From the NCBI GenBank assembly GCA_030390025.1, contig CM059432.1:82834001-82898000 (forward strand): DNA of 64,000 nucleotides, read 5' to 3'. Every line of letters starts with the position of its first letter. Within the stretch, counting starts at the first letter, position 1. Of the stretch, positions 23,835 through 36,829 are shown one piece after another. The DNA is from Squalus acanthias (taxonomy: Eukaryota). A program made the translations under genes and the position numbers. The notes beneath the pieces were generated by a model that saw nothing but the letters and a program-made list of their open reading frames with translations, was not told where the DNA came from and made no database searches.

Positions 23835-24012
23835 CTGTTTCCATTGATGTTTCCCTGTGGCCAGCCATTAATCTCAGAAGGGGACTGGTAGGTAGGTGTA
23901 GATTGAGACTGCTGCATCATTGGACTCTGTGTATGACTCATCCTTGGGGACATTAATGGGCTTTGGGGGGTTGTAGCCCCACCAAATCCTGCATCAGATT
24001 GCTGACTCATCC
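23835..24012 (-). CDS. NCOA2: NCOA2 coding exon
   Basis: [37 protein letters not shown]...[12 protein letters not shown]. Boundaries tcacag| and |gtactt. 178 nt, phase 1 to 2. Confidence 0.96.
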
Positions 24013-24440
24013 CTGTGAATGAACAAACCAGATTTAGCAATTCTGAAGCAGCTATTATTCTATGCACAATTTTACAATACATACACAGAATATTAAGATA
24101 ATAAATTTCAAACAATTCTCCAATCTAGATAACATTGTTCAGAGTATCAATTAGTAGAGTTGCCAATAAAAAAAATTCCAGTTAAATGTCAACATGGCTG
24201 ACAGAAAAAGGTTTTCCACTTGAAGCTGCAAACACATAATACATTTGCTATAAAAGCTGTTTTTTTTTTAAAAAAGTGCCCGTCACTGCAGTTGTATATT
24301 TTGGCTCCATTGCCCATATAAAGAGAGCAGTACTCCTCTAAGAACAACGAACACCTCCATATAAAATTTGATAACTGGAAGAAGCTAAACAGTAAAACAC
24401 AAGCAGACTTCTAGATCCTTGATCAGTTAACCTTTAGCTA

Positions 24441-24506
24441 AAGCATTCTTGGATTAATTATGAAGCAGTCTTGGATTAATTATGAAGCATTCTTGGATTA
24501 ATTATA
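24441..24506. repeat. 22-bp tandem repeat x3
   Basis: aagcattcttggattaattatg / aagcagtcttggattaattatg / aagcattcttggattaattata. Confidence 0.9.
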
Positions 24507-27339
24507 ATGTTTTAGTGTGATTTGTCTCTCTGCTAATGGCACAAACATATTTTGGTTTACCATTTGGTTCCATTAAAAACATCAGTCTCCAGTTAATCCC
24601 TCATTCTCAATCACACAAAAAAAATCAAATTCCCATTCACAAGCATCTGTTTGAACAGTCTGAAGTGACACCATAAAATAGCCTCTATGCATTTAGAAAG
24701 ATGGACATGAACAGGAATTGATATATAAGGCAGCATCAGCAAGATGAAATCCACATGAACTGCTGAAAACAGGCAAGTGAGAAGATAATGTGACTAAAAT
24801 GTATTGTTTCCCCAACCTCACAACAAGTGTGCTTATTTTTCCTCTTATTTATTTTTAGTGTTCTCAAGTCCAGTGTTTTAACTTGGGATAACCCATTCCT
24901 AGCTACGAAGTGCCATTTAAAAACCTCTTCAAAACCTACTTTATTGACCCAGCCTTCAGTATCCTCCCTTTGCCTCTCTTTCATGTATAATAAAATGCAG
25001 CTCAAGATCAACTTTGGCCATAATTTCACTCCACTGTTATAGAAGATTAATTGTCACAATACCTCACACAAAATTAGCAGTTTATGATGAAGTGTCTCCT
25101 TTAAGTCACATTTCATAAAATAAGCACTTTTCTTAAAAGACTATTTCAATCTACAGTATCTCTTTCTCTCATATCTTCCATCATTTCTCTCCCTTCAGTT
25201 GGCTCGTCAACTTTGAGGCCATTGCAGTCAAGGCTTACCCTGTTCCCACCAAGCAGGGCCGCTGAATAGGAGCATGAATTCTGGGGACACAGAGGTCACT
25301 TGCAGTCAGACGTAATGGCTAATGATAGCTAATTCAGAAGAAGTCATGAATCAGACTTGGGGCCTTCTTAATCTATAAGTTTTTGCCACATTACATGATG
25401 CATTCAGCAGAGAACTGAGGTTACTGTATATTAATAGAATTTACTCCTGATCATCCTTGTCATGGCATCATGTTGTGGGGGAACCGGGTCGAACTCTGGA
25501 GGGGGAGGGTAGAAACGAAAAGTTGCAATTCTCAACCTGCCTAAAGTCAAAATGGGCATGTTCTTGGAAAGTTAGTAGAATTACTGTATTAATAATTCTA
25601 CTACTAGAAGTGTCAAATGAAGGAATGCCATTTCTTTAAAGTTCATCCTATTCCAGGTTAATTTTTTCTTTGGTAAGTTGAATTTACTTTAAGACCATTG
25701 CAATATATAACAAAGGAGTAAAGGAATTAAGGCTGTATAGTTGAGTTGGGATACATTAAATTGCCCAATAACAGCCCATCAGTCCATGATTAATAATGCA
25801 GTTCTCGCATTTGCACAGCAACTTAGGGTCTACTCCTGAAATTGATTAAATTATTTCAAATGTTCAGTCAAAACCTGATACTTTAGGTGCTGCAATAGTC
25901 CCTGTTCTGCTTAGAACAACATTTGGTAAATGGAAACCACTTCCTAATTTCTAAGCTTTGACAATGTGCTTCAGTGTCCTGAAAACCAAAGGGCTCATAT
26001 AGCATTTGAAATTCATTTTAATCCCTAGACCCCTATTGCTGTATTGTTTGGATGCAGAGTCCTATTGTATGATTAACATTTAGTACTGGATTCTTCCAGT
26101 TTGACAACATGCCAATATGCAATGGCTAATGAAAGACTGATTACTGTTAAATTTATAAATGGTACATTATTCCCTAAAGTTAGATCAATTTTGGAACTTA
26201 CCAGTTTCTTTCAAGTTTTGTAACGATAGCAACTACTGAGCAAAGTATTTTGCAATAAAGTAAAAAGTATATTTGTAAATTGGTATTGTTTCATAAAAAT
26301 AGGCTATGATTTCAAATTAGATCTAATTAGCAGTATTTGATAATGTGTTCTCCTTGATAACATTTTAATCAGTCAGGATTTGTAAATATACAACATACTA
26401 GTCCTGTGCCAATATACACAGTGAGTCAAGACCAACTGTAGTGTTCAGGTGTAGTGGGGTTAGAGGCTAGGGATATTGGATCAAAGTTTGCAGAAGTAAA
26501 TCAATCCCCATTTTAATGTCATACATTTCATCCTTATTTTTCTGTAACATTTTATTTATTTATGATCTTGACATGAAAAATGTTACATGTAAATGTACTT
26601 TTTGTCCACATTTTCCATGATAAATTCCTATATCTACATTTATAATGGAAGATGGCTATATAAACGGGTCACATTTATTACACCCATCCCACAGTGGTAG
26701 CGCTACAAATAATATTTCTCACTACCAGTCATGCGAGAGAGAAGATTTCAGTAACTCTGAATAGTTACCCTTGGGGCTGTAACACTGTACTTAACTGAAC
26801 AAATACATCTGAAGAAATGTGAAGCCACTTGTGTGAAATATGGAGCATGTATTTGCTACCACTAAAGTTAAATCTTGTATGTAAACTCTTGGCACATCAG
26901 AATACGTAGGGAGTAACAACTGTTTTAATTCTTATGACAGTGTTCCTTACAAGTAGGATAAAAATCACATTCTCATTACCCTCTGAGTAGTCTCTAAATA
27001 GGTTATTTCTAATAACTTTACAATTATGCTTTCCAAGTATTGTAAATTGGGTAATCTAGATCTGAGAAGCATTAAATAGGTTCCAACGTACACTATATGT
27101 TTGGAATATCTCAGCTACATAAAAAGCTTAATTTTGCTCAAATGCCACCTTCTTTAAACTGGGATTTGTAAATCTTCCTTTCACACCCAAGCATGGCACA
27201 AACATAGATTTATTTATCACTCCACAAATTTGTAACCAAGAGGTTTGCAGGCACATAAAACACAACACCAGGACCGTGGGGTTACGGGGGTAGGGTGGGA
27301 TATGTGTACTGTGGGGATTAAAGCAGGGACAGGGTACTG

Positions 27340-27432
27340 GATTTGGATGATCAGCCATGATCGTATTGAATGGTGGAGCAGGCTCGACGGGCCGAATGGC
27401 CTACTCCTGCTCCTAGATTCTATGTTTCTATG
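27340..27432 (+). mobile_element. CR1 3' tail fragment
   Basis: gatcagccatgatcgtattgaatggtggagcaggctcgacgggccgaatggcctactcctgctcct followed by tctatgtt repeats. Confidence 0.8.
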
Positions 27433-28364
27433 AAATCCAATATAACTAAATACTGCGCAACTGAGTTTTTGTAATTTGTAAACACAAATGCAAAATATTT
27501 TCAGAAGGTCTAGTTTAATAACCAAACACTACTCAACTTTCAAAGGCTAGTAGCTCACAGTAAAATTCTACTACATCCTGTATTATCTCAGGAGCTGATT
27601 TGTAAAACTATACCCCAAAAATCTATCCCTTGGGGAACACCAGATCCAACTCTTTTACATCCTTGTATGTTAGGCAGCAACAAGACTTGCAAGACAAATA
27701 AAGACCACGGTCCTCAACGTAAAAGCTCCTGTGCTCAGTTTAGTTTTCTGTGCTGCTTCAGTATTAAATATAATAGATATCTTTTAAAAAATTGTGCGCA
27801 CTGTAATATTGCTGTTTAAAACTCTCCAGTATTCTACCTTCACATCACTGGGCCTTAATTCTAGATATCTGACTGATTGACTGCTCATACTTAATTGAGA
27901 CTTACTCTACCACAGGTGATATTGATGGAATCATGAATTTTTTTATACAAATACGCGTGTGATCAACCTTTACAAGTTATATCACAGGTATGAAAGTTAA
28001 TTCAACCAATTCAATACTCAGAATGGTTTTCCCCAGCACCAGCTGTGGTGGAATCAGGAACTTGCTTATAGTGAAGCCATTGACTGGCTCTACAATTTTC
28101 ATTAACTTTGCAGAATAGCTTACGCTATGCAGAACACCAAGCAATATGTCTCCGTTGGCTACACAGCACCAGTCAGTGGACAGAAACAAGTACTACAGCG
28201 TTATTTATTTAGGTAAAAAAGGACATTCACAACTCTATTCAGTGATAAGAATTAGATGTTACTGTAGTTACTAGTCAGTCTAGCTCCCAAGCAGAACTTT
28301 TGCTCATGGAGTAGGAATTGATTTGCTGTTTAAAAAAGAGAAAAGGGGAAAATTTAAATATTAA

Positions 28365-31300
28365 GGGTTGAATTTTAACAAAAAGCTCCAAAATTGACCG
28401 CATCAGGAAGCCGGATTCAACCCGCCGGCTTCCGCCTTTAATTCGAGCGCATTAGCTGTGAGCGAGACCCTTTCGGGAGAGGCGGGTTACCTATTTAAAC
28501 CAATTAAGAGCTAGTTAAGAAGTTATTAAGAGCCTTTTTTTAACCTGTGGTTTGACCTTTTACTGGGTGTCTACAGGATTCCCGGGCTTGCTGAACCTCA
28601 CCAGTGAAAGTAAGGCGAGAGCAGAGCGGCAATTGAGGGAGCTGAACTTAAATACTCAGGCCTCACACCTGCTTCCTTGCCCAAGGGAAAGGCTTTTGCT
28701 GACACCACTTGTTCTAAGAGTTTGCAGGTGATTTCCACTACACTGGCGGTCACTCTCGCTACGCTGGAGGATTGTACCGGTGATCTCCACTTTACTTCTG
28801 TAATATATCAAATCAGCATGGGTGCCACTTATGCTGTTTCACCTTGGACCTCAGATGAGGACCAAGATGAGCACCAGCAACACCACCACCAGCAGGAGCA
28901 GCAGCGGCCTTCTCCTCACCAACCTGCCGCTCCACAGGAGGGGATGAGCACAGGGGTGCACCTCACAGGAGGCAATACCCCCAACACAGGGTATGTAGGC
29001 AGAGGATCAGCTTCCTGGACATGACTGAACACCAGTGCCTCAGGAGGCTCAGGCTATCGCGTCAGGTTGTGGCAGACATTTGTAGCCTGCTGGAAGACGA
29101 CCTGCTGCCAAGTGGATCTGGTGGACACGCGTTACCAGTGGCTGTCAGTGACTACCGCCCTCAACTTCTTCACCTTAGGCTCCTTCCAGGGATCTGCAGG
29201 AGATAGTTGCAGGATTTCACAGTCTACGCAGCAGCGAGGATTGGAGCTGCTGGAAGAGCAAGGCACAGAGCCTCTTTGAAGGAGGAGGAGGAGGAACCTG
29301 ATGGCACCAGCAGCAGCGCACACTGCTGCCCGAGGTGGCCTCATAATAGCCCCATTTAGTTGGGTTGCACTAGTGCATCCATATGGCACCCAGATGCTGA
29401 ACCAACTCCCCCGCCCCCCCACCGCCACCCCACAGTACTCCTACATTGACCAAACCATTTTCGTCACACACACCCATTGTTCGCAGTTAAGTCATGTCTT
29501 ACCATTCATTACAACTGACAAGACCACTTGCCAGGCAGCAGGCAAAAATGGGCAAGACGGGAAAGTGGTGCAAAGAAATAATTGTGTGTTCAAATAACAA
29601 TCTTCACGGTGCAACATTGCCTAACACACCCTTGTGCATCTAGAATTCTTTCATCTTCCTCTTCCTACCACTTCTACGTTGTGCAACCCTCGCAGCTTCA
29701 GCAGAGGTAGAGGCAGGATGCTCACTTCCCCGCTCTGACTACTTAGATGCTTTCGGCCGATGTTCTCTGGGTTTTGGAGCCCATGAGGCAAAGACTGCTC
29801 CTCCTGTACCGCGGCGTTCTCGGCCATCGGGAGAGGGGGCAGCATGTAGGGCTGTAACTGGGGGGAGCGGGGACAACGGGGGAGAAGTGGGAGCGCTTTG
29901 AGCAGTGTCCCCACTTCCATGTTCCCTTTCACCATCATCCTTCTCATGGCCCACCCACACTTCCCTGCTAGCAAGGAGCTGGAGAACACTTTGCTGCACA
30001 TTAGTGAGGCGATGAACGGCCAAGTCTAGGTTTCTATACATCCTAGTTAAGGTGGCATTCAGAGTCTGCAAGCTGTTGGTGAGGGCTAGCATGCACTCGT
30101 TTGAATGCCGTGTTTGATGATCCATGCAGGTGGCCACCCTTTTCATGGATGAATACATCATAGCCAGACTCCTCCAGAATCATCCGCTTTGTTGACTGCC
30201 CCAGAGGTTCAGCATCTTCGTCCAGCTAAGCAGAGCTTGGAGTGTCCTGTGCCCTCTGACGAGGACTCTCCACTGCTGTCCCTGTCTGCAACATCTGCTC
30301 CTGCGATGTGAGACACCAGATGACACTACTACTTTCTGATTTACTGATCCCACCAACGTGTGTGTATCTGCACTGGTGCTTGGTGTGCATAGATCCTGTG
30401 CCGGTGCAACCTCAGAGTCCGCAACCTCCTCTGGGGAGTCGTCTTCCTCCTCTGGCTGGACTGTCTGGGCGACACTTGATGGGCCTGTGGGAGAGTAAAG
30501 ACATGAATTAGAACTGTTATGATAAGAATGTATTAAGTGAACATTATGCACATGGTTATATTTCACTGGATGCTAACATGAAGTCAACATGAGTGACTGT
30601 TGTATGCCATGTGGCTGTATGATATTTAATTCTGTCACCAGGTAGCTGGGAGTTCCCCCTCTCTCCATCTCCGACCGCCAGCAACTCGGCAACTCCGCTG
30701 ATCCCCAGCACCTCCTCCTCTGCTGCAGTCAGTGGTGTCATGACTGGAAGGCCACCCCCGGTTCTCTGCCTCTCACGGTTGTTTTGTGCTCTCCTCTCCT
30801 GCAAGGAGGGAAACACGAGACCTTTGAGTGAGTGTCGTGGAATGAGTGGAAGGGATGGACGGGCTACATCTGTAGAAGGTGACTATGAGGGAGAGGCGTG
30901 ACATTGCATTAAGATGAGGATGAGTGTCAGTGGTGGTTAGTCAGATGGGGATGTGAGTAAGTGCATAGACAGGGAGGGATGGGTGCACCTGCCAGGTAGT
31001 TTGGTGTGAGGGGTGATGTGCAGGAGTAGGCTTGGGAAGGCAGAGTGAGGGGGTTGGGGTGACACACACATCAGGATGCAGTGGAATGTGGCATTGTACT
31101 CACCTTTCCTGACCTCATGAGGTCATTAAAGCATTTCCTGCACTGGATCCATGAACTGGCTATCACACTCCTGCCGCTATCTCCAGCCATGCCTTCTTGG
31201 TCTCGACAGCTGGCCTCTTCCTCCTGTCAGCAGGGAATAGGACCTCCCTGCGGGCCCCGACTCCTTGGAGCAGGAGTTCCAGGGAGGCATCACTGAATCA

Positions 31301-31659
31301 AGGGGCAGCTTTTGGTGCTGAGCCTGCATATTTTTATTCTCCAGCAAGATAAATTTCCTTACCAACAAGAAATTCACTATCAACACAATCCACTCTCTTT
31401 CCCAACAGCCTCTCCTAAACCTCCACCAACCTTCAACGGTAATCTGTGCATTACTCCTTTAAATACCTGAGCTGAATTGGAGCCATGTGACACGTCATCA
31501 CGCCCGCTCCCGTTAACTGGTCAGGAAACCCGGAAGTCCGATTCAATTGCAGTGGCTTTGTTAAAAAGCCACTGCAAAACGCACCTCTCCAACGTCCGGG
31601 TTCCTAAGCGACCCAGGGGTCCCCTGCTGCCAGCGCGTTGCAAATGTAAAAATTCTGGC
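28365..31659. mobile_element. PIF/Harbinger DNA transposon, internally deleted
   Basis: Imperfect TIRs gggttgaatttt / aaaattctggcc with taa/tga flanks. + strand HARBI1-like N-terminus ([15 protein letters not shown]...[19 protein letters not shown]). Convergent spliced Myb/SANT ORF on - (ERRAQNNRERQRTGGG). Confidence 0.88.
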
Positions 31660-32424
31660 CTGAATGTCAAAAATAGACAAGGGGGTAGTTCTACAAGCAA
31701 GAGTAAATTTAAGCTCTTTATAGAGTTGACAGCACAGGAAGAAACCATTTGGCCCATCATGTCTGTGCTGGTGCTAGCACTTCAACTGGAGCCGTCTACT
31801 CTAAACCCATTTATCTGCCCTTCCCCATATTTTTACATGATTCCTTTTCCACTCATCCAATTCCCTAATAAATTATGCTACTGTCAACGTCTTAATAGTC
31901 ACTTGTAGTAAAGCATTCCACATTCTAATAACCCTCTTCTTACAAATAAATATGAACCAATTACTGTGAGGTTGGGATCAATATCTTGATCCTGGACCAA
32001 CAATCCTTGTAAATAACTTTTGAACAAGTAAAATTAGAATAAAGTAATTTTAACGTAGCTGAATCTATGGAAAATCTGATCAAGGTGCAGCATAAGTGAG
32101 CTGGCAAAAAATGGGTTACTACTGTCACTTTTTCAAAATTTTAAGGCTTATGCTCTCACAGAACTACAATGCCATTAGCCAGAACTATGTTAGTCAACCA
32201 GTGCATGCAAGTTAGTACTGAAAATCCACATTCACAAAAAAGGGAAGGCAGGTCAGGTTAAATAAGACAAGGTAAAGACATTACAAGCAACAGCTCCACA
32301 CCCAATCCAAAGCCAAAACCAATTCGCTCAATCATTTCCAACACACAAAGAAAAATAATACAATTTTTACAATAAATAGTTTTGCCATTCTAATAGTTAA
32401 CAGCACTCAGAGGAAAGGCAGTAC

Positions 32425-32857
32425 CTGAGCTGGGAAACTGGAAGGCATTGTGCTGCATTTGGGGACTCATTACAGGCCCAAACTGTCCTCCCACATTTCC
32501 TATTATTCCCTGGTTAGCCAGATTCATCTGGGAGCCATGCAAGGAGCTGTGAGAGAGGAGCTGTGACCCAGGATTTGGGGACACTGGGGAGAAAGGACTG
32601 GTGGAAGGTGGTGGGGAAGTAAGCCCAGTACCATAGTTTGGAGGGTATGGGAACTGTTGTGGTGATGCCTGAGGAATCCGAGGAGTGCTCATGGCACCTG
32701 CCATACTGCCAGAGGCTGCCATATTTGGTGGGATGTTCAAACCCTGCTGCCGCATCATCATGGTTCTCTGTTGCACCTGCATCAACTGTCTTTGACGCAG
32801 ATGCTGATTCAAAAGCTCACGCTGTCTCTGGGCCAGCATCTGTGCATTAATAGGTCC
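32425..32857 (-). CDS. NCOA2: NCOA2 coding exon with two in-frame donors (short form ends at 32632, long form at 32425)
   Basis: [24 protein letters not shown]...[10 protein letters not shown] followed by 69 further open codons. Acceptor cttcag|. Both donors read g|gtactg in phase 1. Confidence 0.93.
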
Positions 32858-33739
32858 CTGAAGAACAAATGGAAAATATACCTATAGCATTAACAACATT
32901 CAAATATTTAGTAACCTTTATTTGAACAGTTTCTAAGGGGCTGTGTGTTTCACTGAATATTTACATAGACAAACTTTGCACATCTTTACATCCCTTGTTA
33001 CCTAATGTAGGCCTGTGTGGCCCTGAAAACTAAAGCACAGTTCATTATATTGGTCCTAATAAACAAGAGTGCCCGCAGTAATTATCCACATCAATTCCCT
33101 TATGAATTTCCTGCACTTTTACTTTACAAGATAAATTTATAAAACAAGTGTTTTTCAGTACCTTTTATTTTCCAAAATTACACATAGGTTTTATTCTAAT
33201 AACATTCACGAACAGTTGATTGGCTTTTCCAATTAAAATTCTGCTTTGCGCCTGGCCAACCCGTCAGATTGAGTTATTTTGAGGAATACTATGTTTCTGT
33301 ATATTACAATGGTATCATTTTTTCCCCATTATGCTAAATTAAGTTCATTGCAGCCCCGACTTGTTTCAGAAAAAATGGATATGAATTATTGTTCATCAAT
33401 TTACTGCTCAATTGTTTTTCATTTATTAATCTATGTTGTAAATTGTATCACTACATAGTCAAGTTTCACATCAATATCAGAGACCATTATCCCATCTGGC
33501 ATCATTTCATCCGAATTGGTTTTTTTAAACAGGTAAATTATTTGACTATTGGAAGTACAACTTTCACAGACCTCTCTCTGATATCTACAACTGAAATATA
33601 GATTAGAAATGTAAATGTATGATTCGAAGTAGTTGTTTTAAAATGAGTGCAACTTATAAATTTCCTCTCCCCAAATTTCTTGCTTCCTCACCTGAAAGTG
33701 CCAACTATGACTTAATAAGCCCTTTGTTTAAGGAGGCAT

Positions 33740-34050
33740 TTTTTTTATGTTTAAACCTAACAGTAAGTGTTGGAAGTCTACTTTGGTGAGGACAGGATCC
33801 AGACTCAGCTTGACTAGCCTGCTGATCAATGACCTCTTTCCAGCAGGGTCACTGTAGTCATCAGGGATGAGAACCCTGATCGATTTTCCACCTCCTTACC
33901 ACAAGATGCAGAGGCCAACTGTGATACCCAATCTTCACTCTTATTGAGATCAACCAACTAAGCCAAGACCGGGGATCAAACCTAGAACTTTTCTGAACTT
34001 ATGGGTCAGTACTAGACTACATGGTGTTGTTATCCATTGAGCTAGTGGGG
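33740..34050 (-). mobile_element. tRNA-derived SINE (family B), degenerate
   Basis: ccagcagggtcactg...gaggccaactgt...gatcaaccaactaagccaagaccggggatcaaaccta blocks. Confidence 0.6.
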
Positions 34051-34120
34051 AAAATATTAATCTTTTCTATTAGTGATAAATAAAAGTGAGAAACATCTTA
34101 CAGCAGTTTCTAATGCCTAC

Positions 34121-34210
34121 CTGACCACTCATCTGTGGTGGCACACTAGCCCTTAGAGGTAGATTCATATTGGAGACGGTGGTAAGTGGATTCATTAGTG
34201 GCTGACGATT
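34121..34210 (-). CDS. NCOA2: NCOA2 coding exon (not in ORF track)
   Basis: Manual translation NRQPLMNPLTTVSNMNLPLRASVPPQMSGQ (human [26 protein letters not shown]). Boundaries tgttag| and |gtaggc. 90 nt. Confidence 0.93.
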
Positions 34211-34939
34211 CTAACAAAGCAAATACAAATTATGAAATTTGTTATTAGTATAACAATGTTGAGAGTTTAACAAGATATATAGGATATCAAAATGCAGATG
34301 GCACATGACACTAATTATTTCACAGATCTGAAGAACCAAAATATCCTAAGCATGAGAGATACAAGCGGCTTTACAATTGTCTTTCGGATAAGGGAACGGT
34401 TCAAAAACATCACATCAACGGCCTGATTTTCCATGTATTATATGGGCATTTTTTTTTTAAACATTCTGGAACACATCAGGTGATGCATGCTGTTATGGTG
34501 ACTAAAGTCAAATTTGTTTCTACAGGAGGATGCTCAGAATGAAAACATCAATCATATATTAATAATCTTAATTTTCTGTAAACATTAAATTGAGAACTGA
34601 TTTTACTAAATACCCCCATTGCAATTTAAGGAAACTGCTGGCAACAAAGTAATGTACAAATATCACTACATTAAATATCCCCACCTGTATTTTGTTTTAT
34701 TTACTTTTATACATTTTTCTAAATTACAGATTCATATCAAATAAAAATAACACAAAATTCCCATTTGTAAAGACCCTGGGTGCACATGTTCCCAGTCTTG
34801 AAGCAGGCAAAAAAGTGATAAAAGATTATGCAGATGTGAAATATGAGCTGAACAATCTCTTAATCTGAAAAGATCCTAAAGTACATCTTTACTTGTTGAA
34901 ATTTTACTGCCTTTTCTTAAAAAAAAAAACTATTAATCT

Positions 34940-35260
34940 GAGGCTCCCCCCATGGTTCGTGAGTTTATTTGGCAAGGCCCTGAGCAGGACCAGGAAGATC
35001 CCAGGTTTGATCCCCAGTCTGGGTTGAGTTAGCGGATTTCAGATGGAGTAGCACATCGGGCTTTACAGTTGGCTTCAGCACCCCTAGGTTAAGGAGGGCA
35101 AAATCAACACAGGGCCTCTCTCCTGAGCAGTATTCAGCAAGCCTTGCCAGACACCAGTGCATGTGAATGAGGAAAGGATTGGGTTAGGTTGTGCTGTCAC
35201 CACCCACCTCTCCCTCCTGCAACTGTTGAACAGCCTGCCAAGATTCACCATCAAGGTTGA
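34940..35260 (+). mobile_element. tRNA-derived SINE (family B)
   Basis: gaccaggaagatcccaggtttgatcccc...gagttagcggatttcag...tgaggaaaggattggg. Confidence 0.7.
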
Positions 35261-35724
35261 TAAATTAATAATGGGAATGTGGATGAGGTACTTGAGAGTG
35301 ACCGGGGCTTGTGGAACCAAAATCCAACAAGGTATTAATGCTTCAGGGGAGATAGTTGGAGAGAAAACAGGTTTATCTTTCAGGTAGAATAGCTGAAATT
35401 TTATTGCTACTGGAAATTCTGTTGGATAAAAATGCTTTTAACATAATCTGGAAACTAATCACTTGTAATGCTTATAATGTCCCATGATATTCCTAAACTT
35501 AAATTCTTGATGTGACACCTCAGTATTCACCGATGTGCAAACAGAATATGTGAATGCTTCCCAGCATGCTCCCTTTTGAAAGGGATCCAGTGCTTCTTGC
35601 TTTTTAAAAAAGAAAATTATGTTAAATTAATGAACACAGCTAGAACACTACCAAGACAAATGTAACTTTTTAAGCAGCATAAGAGGAGCAAAAATGAACT
35701 TTGAAATGACTATGTAGGCATTAC

Positions 35725-36021
35725 CATTTGCTGTCCTTGAAGCCTTTGTTGCAGCTGAAGCCGAAGCTGATTGGGCTGGTTGGGTACCATACCAGAAGAC
35801 CTTAGCCCAGGCCTTGGTTGCATACGTAACATTGAGTATCCTGGTCGCTGTCCCATCTGAGTAGCCAAAGGATGAAAATTAGGTTCCTGCATGTTAGAGT
35901 AGTTTCCTTGTACTACTGTAGTCTGAGGACCATATGGCTGATTATAAACTTGAGGCTTTTCTACCATCATTGTGGACTTCTGGCTAGGGAATGATTCTGG
36001 CTGGTGATCCACACTTTGGCT
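35725..36021 (-). CDS. NCOA2: NCOA2 coding exon, Q-rich region
   Basis: SQSVDHQ...[35 protein letters not shown]. Boundaries tcacag| and |gtaatg. 297 nt, phase 0 to 0. Confidence 0.94.
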
Positions 36022-36829
36022 CTGTGAAAACAAGGCAAAACTACAATAAAGCAAGATGTGCTGAATGGTCTTTTCTCATCCTTGCTATTTTTTTTTTTTT
36101 AATATTCATAAATCTGCCATAATGGGCAAATATTTATCAAGCAGATACAAAAATGGTAGTGGTGGAAATTTGACAGAAAATATGAAACTAAACTTGCAAG
36201 CTAAACACAAGAAAAATCTATACTACCTAGTTATATTTAAACAAATAGTTTCTCAAAGAGCTCCAAAAGTATTGTGGCATTCACAATGCAAAAAGCTCTT
36301 CATACAGGATTGCATATAGGTGTAATGATTGTCTTAATTAGCATAGATTGTTACCAACATTAAAAAGCACATTGGCGTAGAAATTCGGGGGTTTAGCACC
36401 GGCCGTTAAGACCCATTTTGATGAAAAATGGCGGCCGACGACTCGCTTCTGCCTGCTTCCGGTTGCTCCCGCGGCGGCTGCCATTTTTGGCAGGTCGGCA
36501 GCACTGCCGTTGCCAGCGCTCACTAGAGAAATGGAAATGAGGCAGATCGTGACGTCAATGAGTGTGCAACGCTCATTTGACGCATGTTCTGCCATTTTCG
36601 ACGTCGCCGCTCCATTTGTCGCGCTCTCTTAACCACAACTGGCTGACCATTTAAAGGGATCAACAACAACTTGCAGCCGACACGGTTTCTCAGTTTGACT
36701 GGCTCTGTCTAAGTATCTGCAACTCTGGTAGCTTTCTAAACTTGTTTAAAGTTGCTAAGGTCACAGAATGTTGGTGCAAGCGGAGAACACCTTCATTCTC
36801 TCATTTGCTCAGTCACGGGGGCTCTACTT

